From contig OZ024745.1 in NCBI GenBank assembly GCA_964016885.1, forward strand, positions 72,168,001 to 72,232,000: DNA of 64,000 bases, read 5' to 3'. The position numbers and the translations under genes are program-made. This document shows, one piece after another, positions 1 to 12,972 of the stretch (the first letter of the stretch is position 1; each line of letters opens with the position of its first letter). A model generated the notes under the pieces. The model did not search any database. It was not told where the DNA came from and worked only from the letters and a program-made list of their open reading frames with translations. Origin of the DNA: Eledone cirrhosa. Taxonomy: Eukaryota.

Positions 1-47
1 TAATAGTGTATTATTATTATTATTATTATTATTATTGTTATTGTTAT

Positions 48-3000
48 TCCTTGAATCTCAGTCATTGATGTTGGTTAACTGGAAAGTCCGTTGGATTGAA
101 TATCAAGCCACTACCTGCAGCCTCAGATATTCAGGACGTATCGGAGGGTTCTTGCTGTTCCAAGCAAGCATGCCTTTTGAAGCGTTCCAAAAAGCGTGAA
201 GGGGCCGATTTTCTTTAACCATCCCTGGAAACTTTTGGAGATAGTCCCCAGTGCGCCTATGACAATCGGGATCACTTTGACTTCATGGCAGTTCCAAATC
301 CTTTTCACCTCCCACTTTAGGTCCTGGTATCGGTTAATTTTCTCCCTCTCCTTCTCTTGCACTCTCGTGTCGAACGGGCAGGCCACATCCACAATCAGGC
401 ACGATCTTTTTTCTTTGTCCACAACCACCAGGTCAGGTCTATTGTGTTCCAGTTTTTTGTCCGTCTGTATCCTAAAATCCCACAGCACCTTCACCTGATT
501 GTTCTCCATCACCGCCTCTGGCCTATGCTCATACCATTTCTCAGAATGTGGTAGATTGTTTACTTTGCACAGGTGCCAGTGGATCACCCTGCCCATCACA
601 TCGTGTCTCCAGCCCTTATAGTGGGTCTGGGCTAGGTGTTTACACTCGGACACAATGTGAGCCACAGTCTCCTCTCTCTCTCCACAGATCCTGCACAGTG
701 GGCTGGCCTCCTCCTTGTAGATATGGTGCTTCAACCACTTCGTTTTGAGGGCCTGCTCCTGCGCAGCCATTAGCATTCCTTCTGTAGCCTTTTTGAGGTC
801 TCCTCTTCTCAACCAGTTCCATGTCTGTGGATCTCTAAATTCAGTTTTCTCAAAGAAGGTACTATGAAGGGGTTTTCCCTTAAGGCTGCTCTTCCTCCTT
901 GATGTTATTTCCTCCCTGGACATCCCCTGGCCTACTGTCCCCTCCTTCAGTACAGCTCTGACCATTGGCTCCTTACTATAGGTCACGTATTTGTATAGGT
1001 TGTTTTTCTCCATCTGAACACAGTCCTCTATGCTGATAAGACCTCTTCCACCTTCAGATCTCCTTAGGTAGAGTCTATCGACATCACTCCTCTTGTGGAA
1101 CATGTTGTAGATAGTCAATATCTTCCTAGTCTTCCTATCCATTTCTTTCTGTTCAGCAACATTCCATCTCAGAATTCCCGCACTGTACCTAATAATAGAC
1201 ACAGCTCGGGAATTTACTGCGCTTATGGCATTTCTGCTGTTCAGATGTGACTTCAATACGCTCCTTACTCTCCGAATGTATTCAGTTCTTAACAATTCCT
1301 TCATTTTTTTGTTCTTTATGCCATCAGCCTCCAGAACGCCCAAATACTTGTATCCTTCCTCAGAGTCAATTTCCTTTATCATCTCACCTGTTGGTATCTG
1401 GATCCCGTTACTTCTGCTCAACCTACCCCTCTTCATCACAATGACTCCACATTTACCAATACCAAACTGCATACATATATCACTGCTGAAAATACGGACA
1501 GTGTCAACAAGCACATCCAACTCCTTCTCACTTTTCCCGAAGAGCTTAAGATCGTCCATGAAGAGGAGGTGATTGATGGTAAGCTCTCCCCTTCCCAACT
1601 TGTATCCTGCTCTCACTTTTCGCAGCATAATGGTCAAGGGCATCAGGGCAAGGACAAACAACAGAGGGGACAGGCTATCTCCCTGGAAGATACCTCTCTT
1701 GATCTTCACGCTTCCCAAGGATACTCCAGTTGATGTCAACTCTGTCTCCCAGGACCCCATACTCCTGCCTAGCAACTGTCTGATGTTATCTGCCACCCTG
1801 AAGATCTCCAGGCTTTTGGTGATCCAGGAATGAGGCACCATGTCAAATGCCTTTCTGTAGTCTATCCATCCCATGGCAAGATCAGTGTGTCTCCTCCTGC
1901 AATTCCCCATTACCATCTTATCAATAAGCAACTGGTCCTTTGTACCACGTGACTTCTTTCGGCATCCTTTCTGTTCGTCCGGTAACAAGTTGTTTGTGTG
2001 GAGGTGATGGTAGATTTCCTCAGACACAATGCTCGTCAACAGTTTCCACATTACGGGCAGACATGTGATAGGTCTATAGTTGGTAGCATCATTACCCTTG
2101 ATTCGGTCTTTCATTATCAGAACTGTGGTACCTTTTGTCAACCACTCTGGCACCTCACCCAACACCAAGCAGTCATTGAACATGGCCGTCAGCTTCGGGT
2201 GGAGGGATGTTAGATGTTTAATCCAATACCCCTGCACGCCATCTGGGCCTGGTGATTTCCAGTTGGTTAGTGTTTTGGCTTGCCCCTTAAGAGTTTCAAC
2301 TGTGATACTCAAATCAGTCTGTTGCTGTGCCTGCTCACCGATCTCCCTCTGTACTGTCTCAATCCACCCTGCCTGGGCATTGTGTCTAACATCCTGCTCC
2401 CATATTCCTCTCCAGAATGTTTTAGTTTGCTCCGCCCCAGGGATCAAGTCGTTGCCTCTTTCTTTGCCCTCAAGCTGTCCAAACAGCATCTTCTGGTTGT
2501 TGTCGAACATGCGGTTCTGTTTATACTGGCTGACTCTGTTCTCGTATCGCCTGATTTTTGCACTCTTTGCTACAATGCGTTGCTTCAATTCCTCTATGAT
2601 AATATTTAGCTTTTTACTCCTAGTTTTGTATTTTATTTCCAGTCTATTTTTAGTGCCTATGTTTTTTAGTGTCCCATTCAGTAGTGACTCAAGCTTTCCT
2701 ATGTCATTTCTCATTTCCCCGATTTGCCCACTCAGTCGCTTCTTCTACCACGGCTCTGCTCTTTCTTGTCTGTTGTTTCCTCTCGCTTTTATACCAAGTA
2801 GTTTCCTCACCGTATTTGCTGTTGCTCTGAGGATATTGTTGCACTGGTGAAGGCTCCTCGCCTCAAGGTATGGGATGACTTTGTTTACCTTAGCTGTTGT
2901 TTCTTTTAACTTTTTCCTGTCTACAAATCTTAGGTTCATAGGTCTCCCACTATCATTGTTCAATTCATCTACCACTAAATTTAGGATGTCAACCGAATCT

Positions 3001-4587
3001 TGTCCTAGCCCGTCAGCATTCATCTCCTCAGTGGCCATATCTCTGTTCCAGGTATTATTTATCTCAGTACTCAGATCATTGTCTGCTTCGGGTGGTTCCT
3101 CCGTTCTCAGGACCTCCTCACCTTCATTTCCCACCGGCTCGCTTGTCTGGCATACTACACCCGCCATCTCCAAGCCATTCTCTCTGCTCAGTTCCTCCAG
3201 TTCCAGCTCGATTATCCACCCATTAGTTCTTATTACCCGAGCCTGCCCGGCCAATTTTTGTTCATCTAATTTAAATAAACCAATCTCGTTCCAGATGTTA
3301 TGCATCCGTCTCCTGTAGCCCCTCTCCTTGGGGTTACTTTTCAGGTAGCATTGCATAACAGTTCTATTCAATTCTTTCGTCCAGTTGGTTCTGGCCCCTT
3401 TCCTTCTTCTCCTTCCTCCAACATCAGCAGTATTTGGTTGACAGTCAGGTTCCTGCTGCTGAGCCAGGGGGCACCTGTTGGGTGAGAGTCTATCACATGA
3501 CGTTCTAGTCTCCATTTCACCGTTATTCGAACTGTTTATGTTCGATATTTAAACACTCTTATCGAGGATTGGCGAATGTATGTTTACATAGCCATCTGTG
3601 GATCCGCCATCCCACTTGGCCCTTGTGTGGCATTATCACCACGCTGTATACGAACACACATAAACAAACAAAGACACAGGCAGAAAGGGCCCCAGAAATG
3701 AATAAGCATAAGTTTCATTGTAATGTAGTGTTCGAATGTCTGACTTAGTTTTAGTTTTTTAAGTTTTACTTTTTCCCCCCTCTTCTCTGTCCTTCCGCCT
3801 GCTTCTCTCTTCATTCTTATTTTCTTTACGTTTTTGGGGTTTCTTTTTTTTGTTTTTGTTTTTCTCTGTTTGTTTTTCTCGTTTTTTGCTGTTGTTGCTG
3901 TGCTGCTTTGGTTTTGTTGTTTGTTTTTTCTTTTTTCTTTTGGGTCTATCTATATATTTTGATGCCTTCCTCTTTGTTAGTAGTAGGAATTCTATAATGT
4001 GGAAGTAGCAGCCAGCAGGGAAGTGGGAGACTGGCGGCGTTAGCGATACTGAGACAGTGGTGGTGGTGATGTCGATACCGAGGCAGTGGTGGCGGTGATG
4101 TGACCGTATTACTGTAGTGATGGTGCTGTAGCGGAGTCAAGGGGTGGTGGCGGCGGTGATGGGATAGTGGTGGTAATGATGGCCGTAGTGAGCGGTGGCG
4201 GTGAAGGTGAAAATGTGTCGTTATCTGGCTGTTGTGTTTAGTGTACACAGATGATGGGGTGGGTGGTGTATCTAGTTTCTGGTGTTGGTGAGTTTAGCTG
4301 TCCTATATAGTGTAGCCAGAGGAGAGGAGGGGAGGGGTTCTTCTTCCATTTATAGCCATTTTTTTTTTTTTTTTTGGATATACAGTGTACAATACAAAGT
4401 TGAATATTTGAATATTTGAGCCTTATAACAATATATTTTGGGTCCGAATTTTTTGGGGCTCAAGCCGGGTGCTTTACGTAGCATTTGTGCTAAGAGTTGT
4501 TATTTCACAAATGGTTTAAATATGTTAAAAATTCAAAACTTACGGGAGCGATTTCATGACCTCCGTCACCTCGTGCGTCTTCTTCCC
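48..4587 (-). mobile_element. Apparently full-length R4/Dong-clade non-LTR retrotransposon inserted in a (TAA)n microsatellite
   Basis: RT plus restriction-like endonuclease ORF (123-3515). (TTA)n tracts flank both sides (10-47 and 4588-4658). The ~1 kb 5' UTR (3516-4587) is inferred from the flanking repeats. Confidence 0.85.
123..3515 (-). pseudogene. R4/Dong RT-RLE polyprotein (~1130 codons) with a single in-frame stop
   Basis: ORFs 2745-3515 and 123-2714 are in frame, separated by TAG (PW*KKRL). Motifs: KSPGPDG, NYRPITCL, QGDSLSP, FMDDLK, CCHC (CRICGEREETVAHIVSEC), RHD, RPDLVV..DVACP (PD-D RLE). Confidence 0.93.
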
Positions 4588-4643
<56 letters not shown>

Positions 4644-4680
4644 GTTACTATTATTACTACGTTTTTTTTTTTTTTTTTTC
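4588..4680. repeat. (TTA)n microsatellite followed by poly-T
   Basis: Directly visible. Confidence 0.97.
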
Positions 4681-7600
4681 CAATTCAATGATGTTCCAGA
4701 ACAATATAAAAGAGATAATTGGCAATTTAGGTTCTGGAACAAAAAAGATAATTGGCAATAAGGGCAGGGGCCCCAGGTTATCACAGCCTGGGTCCGCTCG
4801 TCATCGTGCGATTGTAATAGAGCCAAACAAGGCATTTAGTCTTGGCTGCTGGAACATACGGACGCTGCTTGACAGGGATTCATTGGAGCGTCCTGAACGA
4901 AGGACCGCTCTTGTTGCAAAGGAGCTTCGACGTTACGATCTTGACATCGTGGCTTTATCTGAGACGAGGTTAGCTGGAGATGGTCATCTTACAGAATTTT
5001 GTGGAGAATATACATTCTTCTGGAAAAGAAGAGAGGCTGTGGTAGCATTTGCTGTTAAGACTGTTCTTGTGAATAAATTAGAAGAATTCCCAGTAGGGAT
5101 TAGTGAGCGTCTTATGTCCATGAGGATTCCGCTGGACAAAGGAAGATATGCGACCCTGGTGAGTGTGTATGTTCCAACTATGAATTCTGTCGATGAAGAA
5201 AAAGTGTCCTTTTACCATGCCTTGAAAGGTGTTTTAAGAAATATCCCCCAGGCAGACAAAGTCATCGTGCTTGGTGACTTTAATGATAGAGTGGGTAGGG
5301 ATTTTAACACATGGAATGTAATCGGAAGGCATGGGGTGGGAAAGTGTAACAACAATGGTATGCTCCTGCTGCAGATGTGTGAGGAGCTGGATCTGTGTGT
5401 TACCAACACCATGTTCCAACAAAAGAACAAATTCAAGACCACATGGATGCATCCTGCATCTAAGGAATGGCATCTTTTGGACTACCTTCTAGATAGGATG
5501 CGTGACAGACAGGATGTGCAGTGTGTTCGTGTTCTTCGTGGAGCTGAGTACTGGACGGGCCACCGCCTGGTACGCGCAAAAGTGAAACTAATCACTAAAC
5601 GTAAAATCCGGGCTCCTGGTGTTGCCCTGCCCAAAAGATTGAATGCTGCTCGTCTTAAGGATAAAAATGTGAAGAGGACATTGGAAGAAGAGATGCAGGC
5701 TGCAGATCTTGGTGAGGATTGGCCGACCCTTAAAAAGTCGGTCTATGATGTAGGCAGGCGTGTTCTGGGATTGGTGCAGAGAAAACATCAGGACTGGTTT
5801 AATGAGAAAGATGTACATATAGAAGACTTGTTAGCTGATAAGAGGCGAGCTCTGTCATGCTACTTGACGGCAAAACCACAGGAGAGGAATACGTTGCATG
5901 AGGAACTCAAGGATGTAAAATCACGCGTTAGGCGGAGTCTTTCTCAGATGAAGGATCAGTGGTGGAGTGAGAAGGCTGGTAAGATACAAACTGCGTCAGA
6001 TTCCAATAACACAAAGCTGTTGTACAGTCTCTTGCGTGAGGTTTATGGACCGTCTTCTTCTCTGGTGACACCGCTTCGCAGCAAGGATGGCAAAGAATTT
6101 CTTTGTGTTTCACGAGGAATTCCACGAAGGTGGCGAGAGCACTTTGATGATCTTTTGAATCAGCCGTCTGTCGTCAGTGAAGATTTCCTCAATCTCATTC
6201 CAGAAAGTCCTGTGAAAGTAGCTCTTGCAGAACCTCCGACTCTTGTGGAGGTTGCAGTGGCTATTTCGAAGCTGAACAGTGGAAGGTCTCCAGGTATGGA
6301 TGGCATACATGCTGAGCTCCTACAATATGGTGGTGAGAGACTCCGGCAACATCTTCACTCTTTGTTTGGTAGGATATGGGCTAATGAATATGGGCTGGAG
6401 AGATGCAGTAATGGTGGTCTTGTACAAGGGAAAGGGTAACAGGAATGATTGTGGGAACTACAGAGGTATATCATTGCTTTCTGTCGCAAGGAAAGTTTTA
6501 TGTAGGGTGCTTCTGGACCGTATATTGACACACATTGCAGATTGTGTTCTTCTTGAAAGTCAATCTGGTTTTCGTGCTGGACGCGGCACTACTGATATGA
6601 TCTTCTCAGCTAGACAGCTCCAGGAGAAGTGCATGGAACAAGGTTTGGATCTGTATCAGGCTTTTGTCGATCTGACAAAAGCTTTCGATACTGTTAACAG
6701 AGATGCATTATGGAAGGTTCTCCAGAAACTTGGTTGCCCTGATAAGTTCCTTGCTTTAGTTAAGTCTTTCCATGACGACATGAAGGCTTGGGTTAATGTC
6801 GGAGGTAACATGTCGGAGCCTATCTCAGTAAAAAATGGAGTGAAACAGGGGGATATTCCAGCACCGAACCTGTTTGCCATATACTTTGCAATGGTTTTCT
6901 GTATTGCATTCAGGAATTGCGAGCATGGTGTTTACATCCGATATCGAACCTCAGGCAGCATATTTAACATCAGGCGCTTTGCTGCAAAGACAAAAGTATT
7001 TACATCAATCATAAGAGACCTCTTGTATGCAGATGATAGCGATCTTGTAGCGCACACAGAGAGTGATATGCAGCACATTTTGAATGCATTTTCTGATGCT
7101 TGCACTACCCTAGGATTGACTGTCAGTCACAAAAAAACCGTCGTCATGTACCAACCTGAACCTGGTAAACAGTACACTGAACCAAATATCTATGTGTATG
7201 GTAAACGACTTGGAGTGGTTGATCAGTTTGTCTACCTGGGAAGCACTGTCAATCGATACAGCAACCTTGACAGTGAAATCTCACTTAGGATTAGGAAAGC
7301 AAGTGATGCTTTCGGAAAGCTAGAAAGGTGACTCTGGGGTCGGCGAGACATATGCAGGAGGACAAAGGTAAAGGTGTACAAGGCATGTGTGCTCTCTTGT
7401 CTTCTTTATGCCTGCGCGACCTGGGTCACATATCGACACCACCTTAAGCAATTGGAGCGTTTCCGTCAGATATATCTCAGACGGATCCATGGCGTTCACT
7501 GGAGGGACTACATCAGTGATGTCGAGATTTTGGAAAGCTCTATATGTTACAGTATAGAAGCTCTTGTGCTTAAGCAACGACTCCGTTGGAGTGGTCACCT

Positions 7601-8395
7601 TGCCAGGATGAAGGATTCTAGAATACCAAAACAACCCTTTTATGGAGAGTTGGTTAAAGGAAAACGACCGCCACATAAACCCAAAAAGAGGTATAAGGAT
7701 TCCTTGAAAGCCTCTTTGAAAGACGCTAACATCTCTGCTGATACATGGGAAAATATTGCTGCTGATCGTAATAAATAGAGAAAGACTGTATATGAGGGAA
7801 AAGTTGCCTTTGAGGCATCTCGAATCGCATACGAGAAAGTAAAGCGGGATGTGAGGAAGGGCATTGCTGTTGCACTTCCAGACGGCGAGGGTCCTCCTAT
7901 GGTGCTGACATGCAGCGTCTGTGCGAGACTCTGCCTAAGCAAAGCTGGACTCGAAAGTCATCTTCGCAGTCATAAAGTAAGACTAGTGGTTGACTACCAG
8001 GCTGCTGTTGAAGATGCTACACATCATGCTTGCCAAACATGTGGTAGAGAATGTAAATCAGCAGGAGGGCTCAAGCGACATGCAAAAGTACACGAACTCC
8101 AACCACAGCCGACTATTCCCAGTGAATGTTTTGGTTGCCGACTCTGTGCAAGACATTTTAGATCATTGGCTGGGCTAAAAAGCCACATTCGATCGCAACG
8201 CTGTTAGTTGCTATCGTGTGTGTGTGTGTATAGATATGTTTATGTGTGTGCGTGTGTGTATATATATATATGTATATGTATATTATTTTTTTTGTTGTTG
8301 TCGTTATTATTATTGTTGTTATTATTATTATTATCATTGTTATTAATGTATATGTGTGTATGTATATATATATATATGTGTGTATATATGTATAT

Positions 8396-8436
<41 letters not shown>

Positions 8437-8542
8437 TCTTTTTTTTAATTTTATTTTATTTTTTATTTATTTATTAATATTTTTCTTCTCCGCGTGCAAT
8501 GGCCATACTCGATAACGAGGGGGCAGCCATCATGTATGTATG
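4681..8542 (+). mobile_element. RTE-clade LINE
   Basis: APE-RT coding region. 3' end CCATACTCGATAACGAGGGGCAGCCATCA followed by (TGTA)n, typical of RTE tails. Confidence 0.9.
4688..8207 (+). pseudogene. RTE APE endonuclease-RT-3xC2H2 polyprotein with one frameshift (~6390) and two stops (7329, 7776)
   Basis: GCWNIRTL, ALSETR, LGDFN, HLLDY (APE). NYRGISLL, FVDLTKAFD, GVKQG, LYADD, LRWSGH (RT). ORFs starting 6279, 7374 and 7851 share one frame. C-terminal CxxC..HxxxH motifs. Confidence 0.92.
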
Positions 8543-9320
8543 TTCTTCTGGTTTTATAATTTCACAAATTTTTACCAATAGAGAGTCGGTTTCTAACATA
8601 GACACAAGACTCACTCATTGGAATTTTCACATCAACTAGGTAGATTATGTATGCATGTCTGCATGTGTAGATATGGATGTTATTGTATATGTGGATGTGG
8701 ATGTTTTGAGTTGTATGTGTTCATGTGTATATGCTTTGTATCTGTACATGTGTATATGCAGTTATTAGATGCAACATTTTTGGAATGTTTTACATATTTT
8801 TACTGATTCATTAATGGATTGTACTTGTAATTTCCTAACTAGTTGTGTTCTTTCTGTTCCTGTGAAGCCTAGCTTCTCAAGATTTGTATTGAGGCAGTTA
8901 CTAACATATCCCAGTGCCCCAATAATCACAGGGATAAATCTGAAGGTGTAATCAGGGTGGAGTAACTGCAGATTTCTCATCAGTTCTGAATAAATATTCT
9001 CCTTTTCACTAATCTTTGATATTATATTGGCATCTGCTGGGCAGCTAATTTCCACTACTGTGCATGTTTTCTTCTCCCTGTCCCATATCATTATATCTGG
9101 TCTCTTATGCCTGCATTTTATTGGGGTTTTTACTGGAACATTCCACCAGTACTCTTTCATATTATGTACATGGATGTCTTCTACATTGCTGTAGCTTTTG
9201 ATGTGTTTATTATCGGGGCTATCTTTTTTACGAACTGCATTGTACAGTATTTTGGCCACTACATCATATCGGGTTTCGTCTATCGTCCAATTGAGTATTC
9301 CAAACGTTGGTGTTAGTATG
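8543..9320 (-). mobile_element. 3' fragment of a second R4/Dong-like family (RLE domain), internally deleted, in (TACA)n
   Basis: ORF 8765-9406 contains RYDVVA, RPDIMIWD..VEISCP, IPVIIGALG. FGILNWT directly abuts the RHD-like region, implying a deletion. Confidence 0.8.
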
Positions 9321-9329
9321 TATGTATGT

Positions 9330-9890
9330 ATGAGGAGGGTGACTTTGGACATCCTGCAGGACAAAAAACAAAACCTGTCAAATGGCAAAGGAGCTCTTAA
9401 GGCCATCCAAAATCACCGGGAGAGATGACCCCTTAGCCTTTGTCAAGGCAGAATTCTAGGAGAAGGAAAACTCTGATATAACACCTGCAACCCTGATGGT
9501 ATCCAATGATGTTGACTTGTTCTTCTTTTTGGCAAATATCATCTTGGTTAAGAGAGTGGGACTGGCTTTGTGCAGTGCCTTTGCTCACTATAAAAGCTTC
9601 ACGGCACAGGCATTGCTTTATATCTGGAGATCTCTCTGCACTTGTCGTCATATGGTACCAAAGGCCCAGCACTATGTGTCAATAATTGTCACAAGTGTAG
9701 TGTTTGTACCAGAGTTTTCAAGTCGCTGGCTGGACTAAAAAGTCATACTCGTTAGCGCATCGGTAGGGGTTCTCCTAGATGGATATAAAGTAGTGGCCGT
9801 ACTCGAAAATGAGTTGGCAGCCACCATGTATGTATGTATGTATGTATGTATGTATGTATGTATGTATGTATGTATGTATGTATGTATGTA
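9330..9890 (+). mobile_element. ~500-bp non-autonomous RTE-derived element (5' UTR-like part plus RTE 3' end) in (TATG)n
   Basis: 3' end GGCCGTACTCGAAAATGAGTTGGCAGCCACCATGTATG matches the RTE tail at 8501-8542. Contains TAGGAGAAGGAAAACTCTGA, a motif I recognise from RTE 5' UTRs. (TATG)n on both sides, no RT ORF. Confidence 0.65.
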
Positions 9891-10287
9891 TGGATGGATG
9901 GATGGATCGGTTGAGTGTATATTTGTTTGTGTGTATGTGTGCATGTGTCTGTGTGTGTATGAACAAAGAGTAGAGGTGTAGATGCTTGAGGATAGAGCTC
10001 TGCTTGAAGTATATACATATGGATAAAGTTTCGCATTCAAACCATGAGTGGAAAAAAGTTCAGCCATCTGAGACTTTTAATCAATTTCAAGACCCAAATT
10101 CCCTTTAGCAGTTCAAATCTTTTGGATTAGTTTTAAACAATATAACGGGAGTGTGGCTTGTCTACAAGTCAACTTGATGAAAGCAGCGTGCATATTTGAA
10201 TCTTAGTTCTCAGCGAAGCATTTTTACATAACAATTTTTTTTTGTGGAGAAGGGTGTATTCTGCATGTTGTGTCGTCTAACGAAATT

Positions 10288-10350
10288 CTTAGTGAATGTT
10301 TCGCTGAGGAGATCTAAAAGGATCGAAACACGTGGGTATGTTTCACTAAG
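10288..10350 (+). ncRNA. Decayed hammerhead ribozyme (family F1)
   Basis: CUGAGGA, GAUC/GAUC stem II, GAAA, palindromic CACGUG, distal stem I CUUAGUGAA/UUCACUAAG. The UH cleavage site is replaced by GG. Confidence 0.6.
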
Positions 10351-10714
10351 TTATGGACAAGTCTCCCTGTATTGTCTAACATTGTTCCGGACAACATAAA
10401 TATGTTTATGCATTTTTCTCAGCTTTTATTTTCTTAAGATTACTCTTCTAGATTATTTTTACTATATAGATTTTAACAGCTGTGTATCTATCTCCCCCTA
10501 TCTTTATCTCGGTATTTATATCACTCTCTCTCTCTCTATCTATCTATCTATCTCTATATCTCTCTCTCTCACTCACACACACAGTCACCCCCCTCTCTCT
10601 CTCTCTCTCTCTATCAATCAATATATCAAACTACCTATCTAATTTGTCTTTTTTCCTTTCTTACTTTTTTCGTTCTCGCTTTCTTTCTTCATATGTTTGC
10701 CTATCTATCTGTCG

Positions 10715-12140
10715 TCAGACGCTGGACGGAAGGACCGGTAAAGCTGCTCGGGGTCTGGTTTGGTCCTGACCTCCAGGTGGAGAAGAACTGGAACGAGGTG
10801 ACGGCCAAGGTGTTTGCGCTCACCCAGAGGTGGGCCGAGTGCAAACTATCCTTGAAAGGTCGAGCGGAGGTGGCGAACACTTTTATAGCGTCCGTCATCT
10901 ACTACCGCTTGACCGTTGTGCCTTGTCCAGCCAAAATGCTCACCAAAATGGAGCGCGCACTCTTCCAATTCCTTTGGAAGAAACGGGCTCTTTTGGTGAG
11001 AAGGTCCATCTGCTGCCAACACCCTTCAAACGGAGGGCTGCGGATGCACAAACACGCGCTCAGGCTGCGGCACCTCCACGTATTCCTCACCAGACAACCG
11101 GTGTGGACCCCGTTCGTGATGCGAGCCTTCCCACGACTCGTCTCGCTGACCGAGCGCAGTCTTGGGTCAAGCAAAGACTGAGGAAAATGGGCGACTGGCA
11201 CATCGAATGTGCTCAGGCGCTCACAGTTCTCTGGAAAACGGACCCGGCGATCAGTGGAGACTCCACTTCGACATTCTATAGAGGGTTGGTCCGCAGAAAG
11301 TGCGACGACACGCTCGGAGAAACTCTAGGTGTAGAGGAGGACGAACTGGCCAGTCTGTTCGGTAGGACCTTCCGCCCGGGACCAATGGATAACTTCCAAA
11401 AGTCCCTGGCCTGGCAGTGCTACCGAGGAGCTCTACCAGTTCAAGACAAGCTCTACAGACACGGGCGCCCGGGTAGGGACCCTTCGAAAAAGATCTGTCC
11501 GAGATGCGTGCGCGACGAGGAAACCGTCGCACACGCATTTGTACACTGCCCGGGCGTTACCGACCTGTGGGGCTATGTAGAACGACTATTGTCGCGCGTG
11601 GGACCAATCCAGTTGACCACCGAGTCCATTGTCATGATCAAACCACCACCCTCCTTCAAAAACGAGGGAGAGGCGGTTTTCCTATGTGGTATGGCTATGG
11701 TGAAAGAGGTTATATGGTGGACGAGGTTAAAAGAGCTGAGGTCAGACACCTTTCTCTCCGGCGAGCAACTGATTCGTCTTTTCAAATATCATTTTGGAAG
11801 AAGAATCAGGATGGAGAGAGAGGTGCTATACCCCAGCAAATTTTATAAAAGGTGGGTGAATGTGGAAAAGATGGCCCGAGTGGTTGGGCCTTCTCTTTAT
11901 ATAAGCCTGTAGGTTGAGGAAAAAGAGGAAGAGAGGAAGGGAGTACTCACTCTTGGTGCTCCTGGAGATGAGGGTTATACATTTTTTTCGGGGTGTGTAC
12001 AACACCTCTCCCCTATTGGGGATTTCAATTGTTATTTGTTATTGTATTAATAGTTTTATTTTCATATACCTGTATGTAAACTCCCCATTTGTATTTGTCC
12101 CCTTCTTTTGTCCCCTTGTGGCTAATAAAGAAATTTATCT
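10715..12140 (+). mobile_element. 5'-truncated L1/Tx1-type LINE (RT thumb, zf-RVT, 3' UTR)
   Basis: VKLLGVWFG, LSLKGRAEVAN, CPRCVRDEETVAHAFVHCP. AATAAA at the 3' end. Homologous to 38277-39460 and 43983-45200. Confidence 0.9.
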
Positions 12141-12199
12141 TTATTCTTTCTGGGATTTTTATTTGTTTTTCTTTACTGCTTTCTTTCTTATTATATATT

Positions 12200-12268
<69 letters not shown>

Positions 12269-12659
12269 GTATCTATCTATTTATCTATCTATGTGTACAT
12301 ATTTCATTTTCTTTCACTATCTCCCTATTTTACTTCTTTTCCATTCTTGTTTCTTTTATCATTTTCTTTCTTTTCTCTCAATGTGCACGCGGTATTAATT
12401 TCTTCTGCGAGATCCACATTTTAACGGTTGCACTCATAGATGATACATTCAGCACAATTGCTCGGCTTGTTTGCTAAAGCATCATACATTCCAAATTGTT
12501 TATAACAGGCTGACATGTTTCTTAGACGAATATTAACTTACCATTCTAAAAGCAACAGCAGTTATTAGTAGCAAAGTCAGCGGCAATTAGCAACATCGTA
12601 GCAATAATTAGGAAAATGTTGTGTCGGTAGCAATCAGCAGATACAACAGTAAACTGTGG

Positions 12660-12972
12660 TGGTCCTCCGTCGGTTTCAATGACGAGTGTTCCAATTGTAT
12701 CAACATCGTGTATGTGGCTGGGCATTTCATAGATATGGACACCGATAACGTAATTCTCGGGGAGATACGATGTGACAGTGCATGACTGTTCGTGACAGTG
12801 TGTGGCAGAGATTGACAGTACATGACAGAGCGTGACAGTGCGTGACAATGCTGTGTGGGCTGGAGCCATGTAAAATAAAAGGTCTTGCTCATTGACACAA
12901 CGTGCCGCCGGGAATCGAATTTGGGACCTTAATATCAGCAGTCGAACACACTAACCGTTAAGTAACGCGCTT
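12660..12972 (-). mobile_element. tRNA-derived SINE (octopus OR/OK-like), decayed
   Basis: Minus strand has a tRNA-like head with a B-box-like TTCGATTCCC followed by GTGTCAATGAGCAAGACCTTT. Related sequence at ~13470-13760. Confidence 0.6.

Noticed and set aside
196-3485. Plus-strand ORFs over the Dong element, and similar antisense ORFs over other LINEs/PLEs
   Set aside because: Shadow ORFs antisense to genuine RT coding sequence.
3560-3700. HDV-like ribozyme in the Dong 5' UTR (GGCCCUU/AAGGGCC and CCAC/GUGG pairings on the minus strand)
   Set aside because: Could not be arranged in the P1-P2-P3-L3-P1.1-P4 order. A structured RNA is not excluded, but there is no supportable call.
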